DNA of 64,000 nucleotides, from the NCBI RefSeq assembly GCF_037042905.1, contig NC_087245.1, forward strand, positions 13,084,001-13,148,000, given 5' to 3'. Below are positions 13,369 to 27,160 of the stretch, in pieces. The position numbers were made by a program, and so were the translations under genes. Positions within the stretch are counted from its first letter, which is position 1. Each line of letters begins with the position of its first letter. The stretch is from Lytechinus pictus (Eukaryota). The notes beneath the pieces are model-generated. The model saw nothing but the letters and a program-made list of their open reading frames with translations. It searched no databases and was not told the origin of the DNA.

Positions 13369-13613
13369 TATACACAACAAAAAAAGTTTGACTTCAAAAT
13401 AATGAATTAAATGGCCAAGGGAACATATATTATTTCCAATACTAATAAATTGACGTTAGACAAATATGTTTGTATGTGTCATTAACTCACTAGTGTTATC
13501 AAATGATTATGGTGATTTGTGTACTAGAAGGACTTAAATTTAATCAATTGCGCTTCATTCTAAATCGTGTAGTCCAATGCTATCGAGTATCGACAGAAAT
13601 AATATATTCTTAC

Positions 13614-13879
13614 TTTTCTCCCTGCTTCATTATTATGCAAGTTCATAGCATGTCTGAGATCTCGTCCTTTTTCGCCCGAGTCCACGAACTTCTTGCCGAA
13701 TCGGTGGCCGAAGTCGACGTTGTCACTGCAACCGCCCCATTCCCAGTCATTTCCACTGTCACCGCGGTACTTGTAATCACACGTGCAAGATTCGATTGTT
13801 CCTTCACTACACGATCTCGCCACCGAGTGCGTCACTGCTGCGCTGGTTATTGAGTAGATGAACGCAGTTTCTCGGCAAC
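13614..13879 (-). CDS. Wnt1: Wnt1 coding exon 3
   Basis: Acceptor ttctgaacag after a pyrimidine tract, donor gtaaga. Encodes [27 protein letters not shown]...[13 protein letters not shown]...[11 protein letters not shown]. It is 266 nt, phase 1 to phase 0. Confidence 0.97.
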
Positions 13880-16800
13880 CTGTTCAGAAAAGAAAGAGAA
13901 AAAGCCAAAGTTAATGTATCATTAGAAAATCGAATTGATACGTCTCTTTTATTTGATTTTCATTATTTCAATGTTATTTCTGTATTTCATCTCTTTGGTG
14001 CTGTTTTGACAAGCCCATACTGTTCTATAAAATGTTGCCAACAAAGTTCGTCATTTTTTTATAATCAGTTCATATTTCATACGAAAAAAATGGTGAACAA
14101 ATCCGACAATGGTATTTGCGCTATCTTTATATGATTTTAATCATTTTTTGTCGATGTATAAACCAAAAACAAAGGAAAATCGAAAAGAACCGTTCATTTC
14201 ATTTCCATCCATAAAATCCAATCATAACTTAATATAAATTTAAATTGGGAAATGCGTGTGACGAAAGTGAGGTGATAAATAAATTAAGACGATAAGCCTA
14301 TCAAATATGTTCATGTAGTTTGATATCTTTCATTACATGCTGAACCTTGAAATCTCGAACAGTCACGTGACTTTTCATCAATGACCGAGCATTTTTTTTA
14401 CATGATTGCTTTCATCATTCTGCGACGAAGGCGTGGTGATGGTTATGCTGACACCATCTTGATGAGCATGGGTTACAGGAAGATACTACTTCCGGGTCAA
14501 GGAGGGGTGAGTCATTGAGACTTGCCTTTCACCGTGGCACTTTAACCATCCTTACTCAAGATTATAACCTCCAAAAAGCGGGTTAAGAGATTCCCTCCCC
14601 GTTAGTCATTCGAGATGACATTGGACAGACATGAGTTACAGGTATCAATAGCAGCTTAACGGAGCTTAAGGTTATTAAGTAGTGAATTAGGCATTAAGAG
14701 CAATCGAATTTCTTTGCGGGTTGCGGAATACCCGAACGCGCGGGCAATAGGCAATTCTTTACTCACCAATTGTGTTAACTTCTATTCAATCAGTCAATAG
14801 CATTTAAAGCGGGTAAGATAAATAGTCAAAAGCGATATTCAAGTGTCAAAAATGTGGATGATTATGAAAGGATTTAATCAAATCAATAGATACGTTGGTT
14901 GTTTGGACAGTTGGGCCGATTTTCACACGTACGTGTTTTTGAACGTCGATCGCGTTATTCTCCGAATGCGTTCAGGCATGCGTGCATGGACTATGCATTG
15001 ACTCTTGCAGGACAAGATGTCTCAATAAACTCCACTTTTTCACGAACAAAGAGATTCAACCACGAATCAATGAGATTGATAGGATTTTAAGAAAAAGAGG
15101 GTAACCTCTTGTGGGATATTAAGGTACTCGTAAGCTTTGAACATGTTCTGTGTGTAGAATGAGATGATTCTTTGGTCAACAATATCAGAGGAAGAAGAAT
15201 CTTTAAAAGTATCATTTGCAATTCGAGAGACACGAACTTTTGAAAATGATTATTGTTTATTGATGATTGGTATTTCCTTAGGTCATCGATCGTCATTAGT
15301 GCTACGCAATATCCTTTTCCCTGTAAATATGATAATCATATGGGAATTGAGAAGTTAATTTTAATGTGTAAATAATAATCATGCTCGCATGAAAATGCTA
15401 CCTATTTGATTTTGCAATTTTATTTTTCGTCATATTTATTTGATTGAAATCATGTTTATTTGAGACCAATCAGCAGGTCAGAGGATAGACAAAAGTCTTC
15501 TTCATGCGTGATAAAATCATGACTTAATTGTATTGACATAAATGAGCAGCAAGTTTAGATCCGTTCTATAATTTTCGAGAACATAGATTTAGTGTGCGAT
15601 AAGACTATGAAGCACTAGGGAGACGTTCTTGGGGGAAACATGAAGTTATTTCGAGAAAAGATGGAAATAGGGTCGGAAAACAGAACATTTGAACGAGGAG
15701 AATAAACACTATCAAAAATGTGGTGAGAGAAAAGAAGAACAAATCTCTGAATGATATATCAGAACGAGGCATGGGATAGACAGCTTAAACTGCCTTTGAC
15801 TTTCATTAACTCTCGTTTTGAAAATTAAAAGATCTCGTGTAATGTATCGTCTGATCACCCATACCATTTATTCGTTCTGTTCCTCATCCTCTCTGTTCAA
15901 TTTATATTTTAGAATTTTACCTCTTCTTTACCTCTTCTTATCTTTCTTTATTCAAGAAGGCTTCATCTCCGTCGGGACATTAACCCGTCTTTCCGTTTCC
16001 CCCTCCCCATCTTTTGACACTGAAGTTAGCCGCCAAATAGTAAACAAACTTTTCGACTGAAGTTTTCCCCTCTCGCTCCGCTTTGTCTACGGTGTCCTCG
16101 AAGACGGATTAGGGGTATACCATGCTCTATTTATTTCCCCAAGCCCCATGCGCGTTGATGTATTCCTTCTATGCGTATGTTGCTAGGACACATGAGGTCC
16201 ATAAGAGGTATTCAAATGCTTGCATGTTCATCAAATGCACTAACGTTTAGGGTTACGACGACTGAGGTTTAAAATGTAATACAGATTACTAACTTTTGAA
16301 AGTGCCGTGTTTACAAATAAGTGAATAAATCATATGCGCAAAAATCGTGTATACATGTCTTATTTCGTCATTTCAGAGAACAATGGTGATTTCTTTACAT
16401 CAGCAGTATAATTTCGTTCGAATTTTATCATATCCACATCAAAATGTCTTACTTTCTTACTTTTCCGCCTACTCATCAAATCTGAAGAACTATAAAAAAT
16501 GGTCTCTCTGAATTTAGATTATTAATCGGTGTTGACAGTTAAAACACTGTTTCCCTTTTCGGTTTCTCTGTCGTTCCTGTGTTTCACAGTCTTCCCTCGA
16601 TGAGTCGTACATGCACACTTCAGCAGCTTAAATTGAGCAGATAATTGGGAAACGGGTGAATTCCATTTGCCTCGGGGTTCAACAAAAGTCACAAACGCAC
16701 AAGAGAGGAAACACATTAAAATGTTTTTTATGTCATTTGTAAATGTGGTTAAACATTTCCGAGTTTCATCGGATATTTTAGACGGAGTGAAAGTGCATTG

Positions 16801-19063
16801 CATGGTCATACAAACGAGTGGTCCGCGTGAACCCTCTTGAAAAAATAAATACCCAAAAATATAGAAATGACGACCGTGTTTAGAGTTATAAATATTTTAT
16901 ATTTGCTTGCCAAAAAAATCAACACATTCCTCCTTAATGGTAATATTTTTCCGATCACCACCAAATCCTTCACAAGTGAATCTCTCTTTTGAAAGTTTTT
17001 ACAGGCTTGCAAGGTGTATAGCATGGTGACTTACGACATCTATGTGGTAAAGGAATATCCCTAAATCAGTCTTGCAAATATTTGTCCTATTTGGGCTTTA
17101 AAAATATGAATGACATTATTGGAATGGGAAATATCTAGAATTGATAATGATTAGGACATAAAAGCCATTGAACACGTTAATCTTCTATCCTTTCTTTCCC
17201 GACTCAGAGATGGTTTTAATCCTGACAATTTTTCGTTGTTAAATTGTATGACAGCTGAGGGAAACTTTGGTTTAAGCTAATAAGAATAAAGTATATAACT
17301 AGATAAAACTTTTTTGAAATATTTTTTTGGTCATACAAGCAGATGTCTTGAACACGTAGAATAGACATTCCTAACTAAGGATACGTTTTCGACAGCTGCG
17401 ACTGACAGGATATATCATAACACCTTCGCAAGTTTCGTCCATATCAAAACATTTTTGCATGAGTCATGCTCACGAAAACCTATCCTGGCTAAAGTGTCAC
17501 ATTATCTCTTTCCAATTGCGAAATGGTTTCTCAAATGCGTCCAGTCTTAACGTGGACCAACGCGTAGTAGGTCCTTAGGATTCGTTGAGATTAAGCGGGA
17601 TAACACCCAGAATTTCGGAATGGTTTTTGAACGGTAACGACCAAGGCGTACGATACCGGCGTGTTGACGAATGGGTGACGAAGATAGGTCGGTACTGCCT
17701 GAAGACGTTTGACCATGAACTGAACGCGCTCCACTCTTTCAGGGTTTTATCGACAATCCTCCACTCTCTTCTATGAATGTCAAGAGCAAAGTTGAGACAA
17801 ACATATAGAATAAGGGGGAAAAACATTGAACCCTCAAAGGCGTGAAAATAATATTTGGTCTGAAGCGTTGAGCTAATTGTTTTCCGGTGGTAACTAAGAT
17901 TGCCGAAAATCCTATCAAATAAATTCACGACCCCCTATCGATCGCCAGCGACCATTCCTCGACCAAAGAAGCAAGATTCCCTAAGATTTGCTACCTTCCA
18001 CCTTCTTATCCGTCTAATTCTTCTGTTTCTTCTTGATTTGGAATCCCGGCGGGAGCCCGTAGCAGACGGCAAGGCGCCAGAGTGGACTCCTTTTCCGTTT
18101 TATACGGGGTTACGGCGCGAGCACTGTGCTTTTTCATTGGTGATGGCGATGACTGAAGAGAGTAGCTTAGGTGGAGAAGGAATCAAGTCCGACAAGCCCT
18201 CCTTAAACCCCACTTTGTAGAACAAGAGGGTCGAATGAAGGGTGTCAGCATAGGTTAAGCGGCAAAGGATTGTTCCTCTAAATTTCAACCCAAACGTCTT
18301 TGAATCAGAGACATATGTGACGCGTTAACGCACTCTGTGACATCTATCGTCATCTCTTTATGTTATTGATGTTTCTTCATCTGAAGAAGAAAACGAGACA
18401 TGAAATACCATTGATCTTTCTTTCTACATGTTCTATGATATTGAACGGAATATTTCAAGGTATATGGACATTCCATTATAATGATTTGACTGTAAGATTG
18501 TGTTTGCTTTAGTTTTAAAAAACACATTTCATCTCATGATTATCGAACAAACTAATAATCTTTTATTCTGCTCCTAGACCATACAGGTGCAAAGTAACCC
18601 AACATGCACCTAGGTGCTTTCAGACCAAAAAGGTGCAACATGCACCCATAAAAACGTTACACGTATCATGATTATTCGTGAATTATATGAAAATATTGAC
18701 AATCCCTTATTCAGAAGCATGGGTTTAGGGTGATAAACAGTTTTCAGGTGTAAAGCGGTCCCTCTAACGCAAAATGAGGTCAAAGGAATGGATATATTTC
18801 AGTCACAGTTCGCTCCTAACCACAAAGCCGATGAGAAAAGGGGTGTAGAAGGGATAGAGTGTTGTGGTTGCTATGTCATTGCATGGAGTGAGTCTCCCAA
18901 AGGATGCCAAGATTTTGCGAAATACTTCAATATTCCCCTTCGTCATCCTCCCCCAACTCCTAAACATTTTGACATCGACCGCGCGGGCAAACGATAAACT
19001 TTGGCCAACTCTCATAAAACTTGTAATCGAAAAAAAAAAAAATCATCTTTTCAAGAACATCTA

Positions 19064-19170
19064 GAGGTTCGAGTTTCGAGGCCTTGTTACGTCTTTCGAA
19101 TTGTCATGTTAAAGGGGTTCGAGGTTCGAGCCCTGGTCACGTCTTTCGGATGGCATGTTAAAGGTCGGTG
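19064..19170 (+). repeat. Tandem duplication of 2 x 50 bp, SINE-like
   Basis: ggttcgag...cgtctttcg.at...atgttaaagg is repeated with period 50. It contains the B-box-like ggttcgagccc. Confidence 0.7.
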
Positions 19171-20975
19171 CCAGACGTATCACTCGGATTGATAAACATC
19201 TGTAAAATCACACACATCCTCACACACACAAACACTCCCACAATGGCCACTCACACCCCGTCACCATGCAAGGATGTTTCTCACACCATGAAGGAGGTTC
19301 CTTCTCCCTTTTTTCTTTGTTTCATTCATCACAATAAGCATGATAGATCGACTTTCAGGTGACGATCTGCTTAACAGTTTCACTGCCAAACGAAATGAAA
19401 AGCTCGTTAAGAACTATGTAGCGGACTCTTTCAGCGCGGCTCTCTATCTGTCTTCTTTTGCGACTCAATTACCACAACCCAGGCCGCTGTTCTCCGGGGA
19501 AGCTGCCCCGTCACATTCTTTAATCGCTAGGGGTGGTCGCCCGCATCCTTCCATCCTTTGCTAACTCTTCCCCCTAGCAACCTCTTTTCAAGACTTTTCT
19601 TTTCGTTCCTCATATTCTCTCTATTCCAATCTCTCTCTCCTTATCACAGCTTCTCCCGTTTATCTCTCTTTTTATTGTCATGTACACACGCACATGCACG
19701 CACTCCCACTCATCCTCACACACATACAAGCTAACACGACATAGGATCGAGGAAAAAAGCAAAGAGGTATCTGAGAAAGAAAAGAGTGATTGAGCACAAC
19801 AGGTGAATAGGAGCTTGCTACAGTGTACAAATTGCTTTTCACTTCCTACGATGTCAGAATGAAATTGAAACTTTTTAAAGGGCCATCTTGCCAGTCGTGG
19901 CCTATCTCGAGACGTGTCGAAGGTAATAAGCTCTGAATGTCTAAGTAACTATTTTCGCAACCGAAGATGACGAGGCATTAAATTTGCCTGCCCCCTTTCA
20001 GATATCATTCCCTTATGCCAAAGAACAGTCGATGTGAAATATTGCATCAGCTTAAAAACTTCCTCTTTCATGTAGCAGGTATAGATGCGTAAAATAAGTC
20101 TTTGAATAAAATTGAAACACCCGGCAAACACTTTTTTTCTGTTTCATTAGTAATGCATAGTGTGTGTGACACATTAAAGTTAAACACACTTGGAAAATGG
20201 TCTTTAGTTGTTTCTGTGATTATGTAGTGATTCTCAGTTTTTTTTTTTAGATTTCTTTATATTTGTGAGGATGTATGCTTGTGTCCATGAAGGTGTGTGG
20301 ATGCGTGTGTACTCCTGTGTTCTGTCGATATACACATTATGAAATATTGATAAGATCACAAGCCCACTGTTGATAGATTACAGATATCCTCATGCAGTAA
20401 AATTATGCAACAACGTACACTAAATTGCTTTATTTTACATATCACGAGACGTGATAGGGAGACGGGCGCCACGCAACAGGGCAGGGCAATACTTAAAGCT
20501 TAGCAAGTAGTGTACCGATGATAATACACCAATCGATAAATTTGTAAACCAGTTAATGTTCTTTAAAATTGAAATATTGGATCATTTTATCTGAACTATT
20601 TTTAAGCAGTCTTCTTTTGAGACATCTTGGTGATAATAGCTACCATCAAACGGGAGTTCCTTTCATCGGTCTATTAAAATGTTGGCATCTGCCTGAAACA
20701 GACTTATCAAGCCCGCGCAAGTTGGTGTTGACATAAGATGTAACCAATAGAAGGTGAATATTGAGACACCAGTTTCACATTCAAAAGAGACAATCTTTAC
20801 TGTCAGGTTTAATAAGAGATTGGGCAAGAGGGTCCATCTGTGAATTTAAGTTGTTATACATCAGTCAAATGACGCATGTTCTCGACAAATATTACTAGAT
20901 TCGCCAATGAAGGTAATTTCATCTCAAGAGTACTTTGTCAAGCTAATGTGGCATAACACGTTTATTCAACTTCTG

Positions 20976-21133
20976 GGGCCTGTTTCACAATGATATATAC
21001 TTATGGTAACATTGTTTTTATTGTATCTGCCATGTATTACTTGATTGTGATTGGCTACTTAGCCCCGTTACCGTGGTAGTTGCAATATAAAGCCAAAGTT
21101 GCCATAGTTGTATATCTTTATGAAACGGACGCC
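20976..21133. mobile_element. Short Harbinger-like MITE
   Basis: gggcctgtttcacaatgatatatac / gtatatctttatgaaacggacgcc form inverted ends. A related internal fragment (gattggcta...gttaccatggtag) lies near 49660-49745. Confidence 0.6.
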
Positions 21134-23956
21134 GTGAACAACATGGCTAATGTCACTCCTGATAAATGAAATTAATAAATGACGCGAATGACATAATAAT
21201 AATCACTATTCCTGTTTGTTTTCCTTCAAACTTTTACACTTCTTTAAGTATGCTTAGTGTCGTATTCTTGAAGGGAATTCATCTTTGTTTAGATAGATTA
21301 TACAAAGTTTCGAAACATGCCTTGACAATTTTGTCATGATTATGTAGAGATGTTTTCGACTTGTCCGACGCGGTAGGTCTATCGTCTTGAAATCGATGAC
21401 ATCCAATGAATAAGCTGGTTTTGTGAATAAAGAAGGAAAGAAATATGAAATATCTCTAATTTTTCGATGCAGTGTAATAATGATAATAATTGCAATGATG
21501 ACAGTGGATGTGTATGTTTTGTAAGAAGATAATAGTGGCGATTATCATGACTGTCATCATTTTATTATTATCATCATCTTAAATAATACTGATCAGCAAT
21601 GATGATGGAATCACCCTTAAACATATCAAAATCAGAAAGCGGACATTTTCTTTTTCTCTTATTGAATATAACTCGGACGGCTTGATTCTTCGATAAACAA
21701 AGCTCGTCAAAAGACTGCTCAAAATGTGAAATGAGATTTTTGCTCATAACGTTATCTGACGCTTTCGTTTTTTTGCCAATTATTTTAGGAGAAGATGACA
21801 AGTCTTGACATTTTGAAAACTTACCCACATTCTCTTTCAAACAGAACTAGATCAATTTCAATAAATGTTTGTACAACTGTTACATCACAGATATATTGAA
21901 CCTGACATAATGATTTTCTCTTCAAGACTCTTCCATGGGGTGTCTGAAGTACACCTCAGGGCGTGGCTTAGCCCCCTTTTCGGTTCAACCTTAACTGGTC
22001 GGGATAATATAACTAGGTAACATACGTGAGAATAAGCACGTAACAACTTTGCCGATGAACACTCCACTATAAAAATCATTATGATCATGATGATTTTAAG
22101 TTTAAGTTTAAATCATTTGTGTCAGGTGTTTTGTTAGGTTAAGGCCCATGGTGTATGTCACTCATAATCGTCATAGGTGTCGGATGCATTTTGTACTTTT
22201 CAGGTCACGTGTTACGACGAGCTGGGCCTTCATCGAAATACTCATTAAACACATAAAAACAGCAACAATAAGAGAATTATTATCTCTTTTTATTCTAATC
22301 GCACGCAAGTCCTGAAGTATACTACAACCCCTTTTCCTTGTTTATTTTGTATTAGATTTCATAAAAATACATAATGTCACAATATATTGTAGCTCTTGTT
22401 ATCGAATTCCAATTTGTAAAGTGCCTAACCCAATGAATTTATCTCCTTTCGTTCAGCTTATCTCTCCCTTCTGTCTGAAGTCACATAGTACTGAACATGT
22501 CTCGCTCTAACTAAACCTGTCTTCCTTGCGACATAAATCAAAGTCATTGCCGCTGGCTGACTTAATAAATTCACGACATGGACTCTCCCCGAAAATTAGA
22601 TTTTGGCAGGGGTTTTTAATGTCATTTTCAGCGAAAGGTTCGGCAGATTTCGCCGGGGAGCGCCCGGCGCGATCTCGCGCTGGGTTGATGGGTTTTTCTC
22701 ATAAACCCCGCTGCGGTGGGCTTGGGACGATGGCAACAGATGAGCAATGGAGGCAAGGAGAAAAAATGAAAATGGAAAGTATGACACAGTAACAATTTTT
22801 GTTTTGGAGAGGATGTCTTGGTGGGGTTTTTCCTTAGGGTTGTTTGTCTACTCTAAGGCTCGGATGAATGCGTGTTTGTAACATGGCCTAAGTGCCATAG
22901 AGAAAGTTCAACGTTAATTGGACTGCTACTGCTTGTTTTGCATTGAGGATTGCCATACATTCTTTGTGGCATTCAATGTTCATCCAGTCTCATTAACTAT
23001 ATTATGCTCACTTGGTATGGTGCCATCTGTTGGTGTGAAGACGGCCATTTCAAAAGTCTTTTAGGAAGAGATGTTTAATAATTATTTCCATTTGTGCTTT
23101 TTATGCTGAATAAAACTCTAAACTTGAAAACAACGATTTTTTTTTATAAAGGCCATAAGGACTAGAGAAAGAAACAAAAGGAATACTTTACTGACAAAAA
23201 AATCTTAGATAAAGCAAATAACATCCGTGGTTTTATACAATAATTTTTTTTCAGCCAGAATATTGCACAATGATTTCATCAAAACTGTGAAAATAGTTGG
23301 CCTATCAAATTCAGGTACGTTACTTTTGTTTTTGCTTGTGTATCAAGGAACTTGATATAACTCTTTTTCTCATTTTAAGGCATTGGTACATTTAAATGCC
23401 TGTGTTTAAACGAAAAAATCTAAAATGTATAAGAAATTAAGATAACAATTTTAAAACAAATATGATCATTAATAAAAAATGTTTTGTGCAAATTGCGGAA
23501 TTTGAAGATTAAGAAAAGAACTCGGTATGTATACTTTAGACACACATGCTGTTTAACATATATTCATCTGTCGATTATTATACGAAACTCCAAGATAACT
23601 GAAAGAAGAAAAGAAAATTGTGATAACGACAGACAACTCGGGGGATGAAGGCTGGTGAGATGATAGAAGAGAATTTGTCGACTGATGTCAAGAAACTTGT
23701 TCTCTCTAAGGACGAAACTAGACCTCTGATTTTCCGTTCACATACAAAATGAACACATGTCAGATATCCTTTCGAAAAACAAGCAGAGAAGTCTAGTTTA
23801 GAATGTCACGGACTCCTAAGGAGGAACTAGTACGGAGGAGTGAAGAGAAGGAACAAAGGACAGGGGTGTCGAGGCGCATCCCTCAGTTTCGTCCGAGTTT
23901 AGCTGGCTAAATGTTCATCATTATGTTAATTCTATTGGCGTCCAGTAACATTGTCA

Positions 23957-23957
<1 letters not shown>

Positions 23958-23998
<41 letters not shown>
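23958..23998. repeat. (AT)n microsatellite
   Basis: About 20 perfect AT units. Confidence 0.95.
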
Positions 23999-24000
<2 letters not shown>

Positions 24001-24046
24001 CAAACAGAGAGAATTAAACTGGCGGTCCCAACTTTACCCATTAGAA

Positions 24047-24171
24047 CACTCTTAAGAAATATTTGTCAACTAGGCACCATAACCATTTTTTCATCTCGAA
24101 AGTCAGGATTATATTAGAAGCACAATAATTTGACTAATAATATCAAACAAAGGTACGCTTTATTTAGAGTG
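24047..24171. mobile_element. Degenerate CACT-ended MITE
   Basis: cactcttaagaaa ... tatttagagtg termini resemble the elements at 6982 and 29903. Confidence 0.4.
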
Positions 24172-25430
24172 TAGTCATCATAACGATGGTCTTTTTATAC
24201 ATCATAATATACCCTCTGAAAAAGATAAATTAGATTTTCTTTACCCCCCCCCCCACCAAAATAAGACGTAAGAATCCTGAAGCATCCTCCCAGATTCCTA
24301 ATGTTCCTACTATACCTCTATTGTTTTAAACGACACAGATGGTCTACGTTCGTTTACGTTTTCATCATGACAGTCCAAGAGTCACGACGTAAATTCTAAA
24401 AATACCATACAAATATTTCATAAAGGAAATTAGCCATTGATATTTGATTTTTCTTTAAAACAAATTTTCTCCATGATTTAGGATTAAACTCATGTCAGCG
24501 TATTCAGCATATTTTTTTACCTACATAATACTCAAATTATAAAAACAGGATTATTGTTATTGTTGCACAGAGCTGTGTATATATTTTTCAAACAACTAAC
24601 CAATACATGCATTGTTATATTTACAAAAAAAAAACAATTTATAAATCTGTAATCGAACTCCCAATTTCAGTGTCTTTTTATGCTTGAGATTCATTACCCA
24701 TTTTTGTTCAATTGATATTTCAAAATTACAATCATAAATATTATTTTGCTAAAAATACATTACATTTAAAACAGGCCAAAATGGAAAATCAAGCACGACA
24801 AAAATAGTTTTGAAACTGGCAACATGTATTGTCGTATGTTTTGTAACCATCCTTTAAGTTTTAATTATCATTATCATCATGATCATCAATGTTCATGATA
24901 ATAATAATTAAAACTTGAGGGTAAGATTACTTACATACAAACAACGAGTTTATTTGCTGATTTAATTCCGATTTCTGAAAGAATGAGATTATTATTCCAA
25001 AATAATTTAATTCACCTTAATCCTCATCCAAACTATCATTAAAATAACACTGTGGTCACAACGATATCAAATTAATGTTAGAGTCGTAGTCACTATTGCC
25101 TAAAGGGAATGAATGGTATTGCTCAGAATATGACTATGTTGTAGTATGTACATATATATTAAGAGAAACGGTAGACCAGCGCTGTTGCAATGATATGCCG
25201 CCCGGGGGAGGATGTAACATGAAAAATAGATCCATATCTTTCGTCATAAGTATTTAAGACCCCTACCATTTTTCAAAAAAATCATCAGGCAGACGATGCA
25301 ATCAAAACCCATTCAATGGAAAGCATGAACAATAATTGAGGACGAGAATATTGCTTGTGTCATGTGATGTTGCAATGCTGTCATTGCATTTCTCGGACAT
25401 GGAAAAATAGCCTCACTCTGAACCAATATA

Positions 25431-25935
25431 ATGATGTCACAATGATGAATGATGAATTATGACGTCACAAATGTCAATCGATATGGAGAACCGCGGGAGT
25501 TTCCAAGTAACCTCTGGGTAATTTTCTTTTGAAAATCTTTAGTGCAATAATAATCATGTTAGGATATATCTTGCATGTCGATCTAATGTAGATGGATAAC
25601 TGTGCACCATGCAGTGGTCCCAATAATATCGAAATGCGCCTAGAATGTCCTAATACACTAATAACACTATACTTTCTCTCATAGAAAAACACAATCACTT
25701 TGACATGTTCAACCAGCATTATGACGTCACAATGATGAATTTTGACGTCACAAATATCAATCGATGTGAAGAACTGCGGGAGGCCCTAAGTGACCTCTCG
25801 GTAATAATTTTTTTATAGAACAATAATAATCATGTTAGCATGTAGTATTTAGCATTCAAGTAGAGATGACTATTTCTGCACTATGATTATCGCAATGCCA
25901 ATTGAATGCCCTATTACACATTATACATATTCTCT
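25431..25935. repeat. Diverged tandem duplication of about 290 bp
   Basis: Units start at 25431 and 25721 and share tgacgtcacaaat.tcaatcgat, gcgggag and caataataatcatgttag. Confidence 0.8.
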
Positions 25936-26310
25936 TGAGACACATACCGGACCATGCATATAGTCACATACATGGATAAAACATAATTTTCATAAGGATT
26001 CGTAACACTGATTCTTCTTTAAACTTGAATTCTTTTGAATTTTTGCTTAATTTTGATTAAGTAATCTTTGGTACCAGTGTCAATACCCATGGAGGATTTT
26101 GTTCTTAAATATTTACATCTGTAAGTGACTGTTTTTATAGAAACAAACTCTTGAATATTGAATATCAAATCTCGATTTACGGATCCAAGAACAATTATTC
26201 TACATGTATAATGAAAGAAATGTTAATTTCGTTCATTTTGTCGTTTTCAGTTGGGTCTCAATCTTGTTATAACCAAGACTACAAAGACAAATAAAAACTT
26301 TCACACTTAC

Positions 26311-26576
26311 CACTATTCAAAATCTTTCCAAAGAGACTCTCTGGACCCCTATCTTTGTTGAAAGTCGGGCAGTTCCATCTTCTCTCTTTAAACTGATATC
26401 GACATTCTGAAACGGCCATCTTGACTGCTCTGTTAATGGCGGCTAATGCCCCTCGATTCTGAGAGACCAACCTTCTTTGTCGTTTGTTTAAAATCTTCAA
26501 TTTGTTATCTATGATGTTTATGATGCCTTGTGTGTCTGTCACACTGTTCGTCATACTCGGTGATAGCACCATACTC
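26311..26576 (-). CDS. Wnt1: Wnt1 coding exon 2
   Basis: Acceptor ttttgttaatag, donor gtaagt. Encodes ...LNKRQRRLV...AVSECRYQFKERRWNCPT...LFGKILNS. It is 266 nt, phase 2 to phase 1. Confidence 0.96.
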
Positions 26577-27065
26577 CTATTAACAAAACCATAAAGACAA
26601 ACAAATTAGAGAAAAATCGAACTTCCAAACTGAAATCATTTATTATAAGTATTACAGATCTCTCTTGACCAATCAAATGATATCATTTCAGTATGACAAT
26701 ATTTTGTTATCATGTTTTATTATGGATATCTATTGTTCGGTAATATCAAATAAAGTAATTAGAAATTTAACACACGTATTTCAACATTATGTTCACATTA
26801 TTGTCTGTAATGTCTATAGTTTTCTGTTTTAAGGCATATGGAAATACACAAAGAGAAATTTAATTATGAAATATTAAACGAATATATTTTGAAATGAATA
26901 AAGAAGATTGCTTACAAATGAATAAACAAACATAATTATTAATGAAATAAACGAATCATGTATGAACCAACACAAGAACAGATTAATGAGGCATGTTAAG
27001 ATTTCTCTTTTATTTCATAGAATAATCCACTAAACTGAAAAAAAGATTACCAACACCGAAACAAG

Positions 27066-27160
27066 ATAATAATAATAATAATAATAATAAGAAGAAGAAT
27101 AATAATAAAAAAAAAAAAACAACAACAATAATGATAATGATAACAAAAACGATAATAATT
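27066..27160. repeat. (TAA)n/A-rich low complexity
   Basis: taa, gaa and caa triplets plus a poly-A run. Confidence 0.8.

Noticed and set aside
12684..13391. Short ORFs inside the Tc1/mariner element
   Set aside because: They show no DDE/D or HTH motifs and are not a transposase.
13503..13853. Plus-strand 116-aa ORF (and 10930-11169)
   Set aside because: These are antisense shadows of Wnt1 exons.
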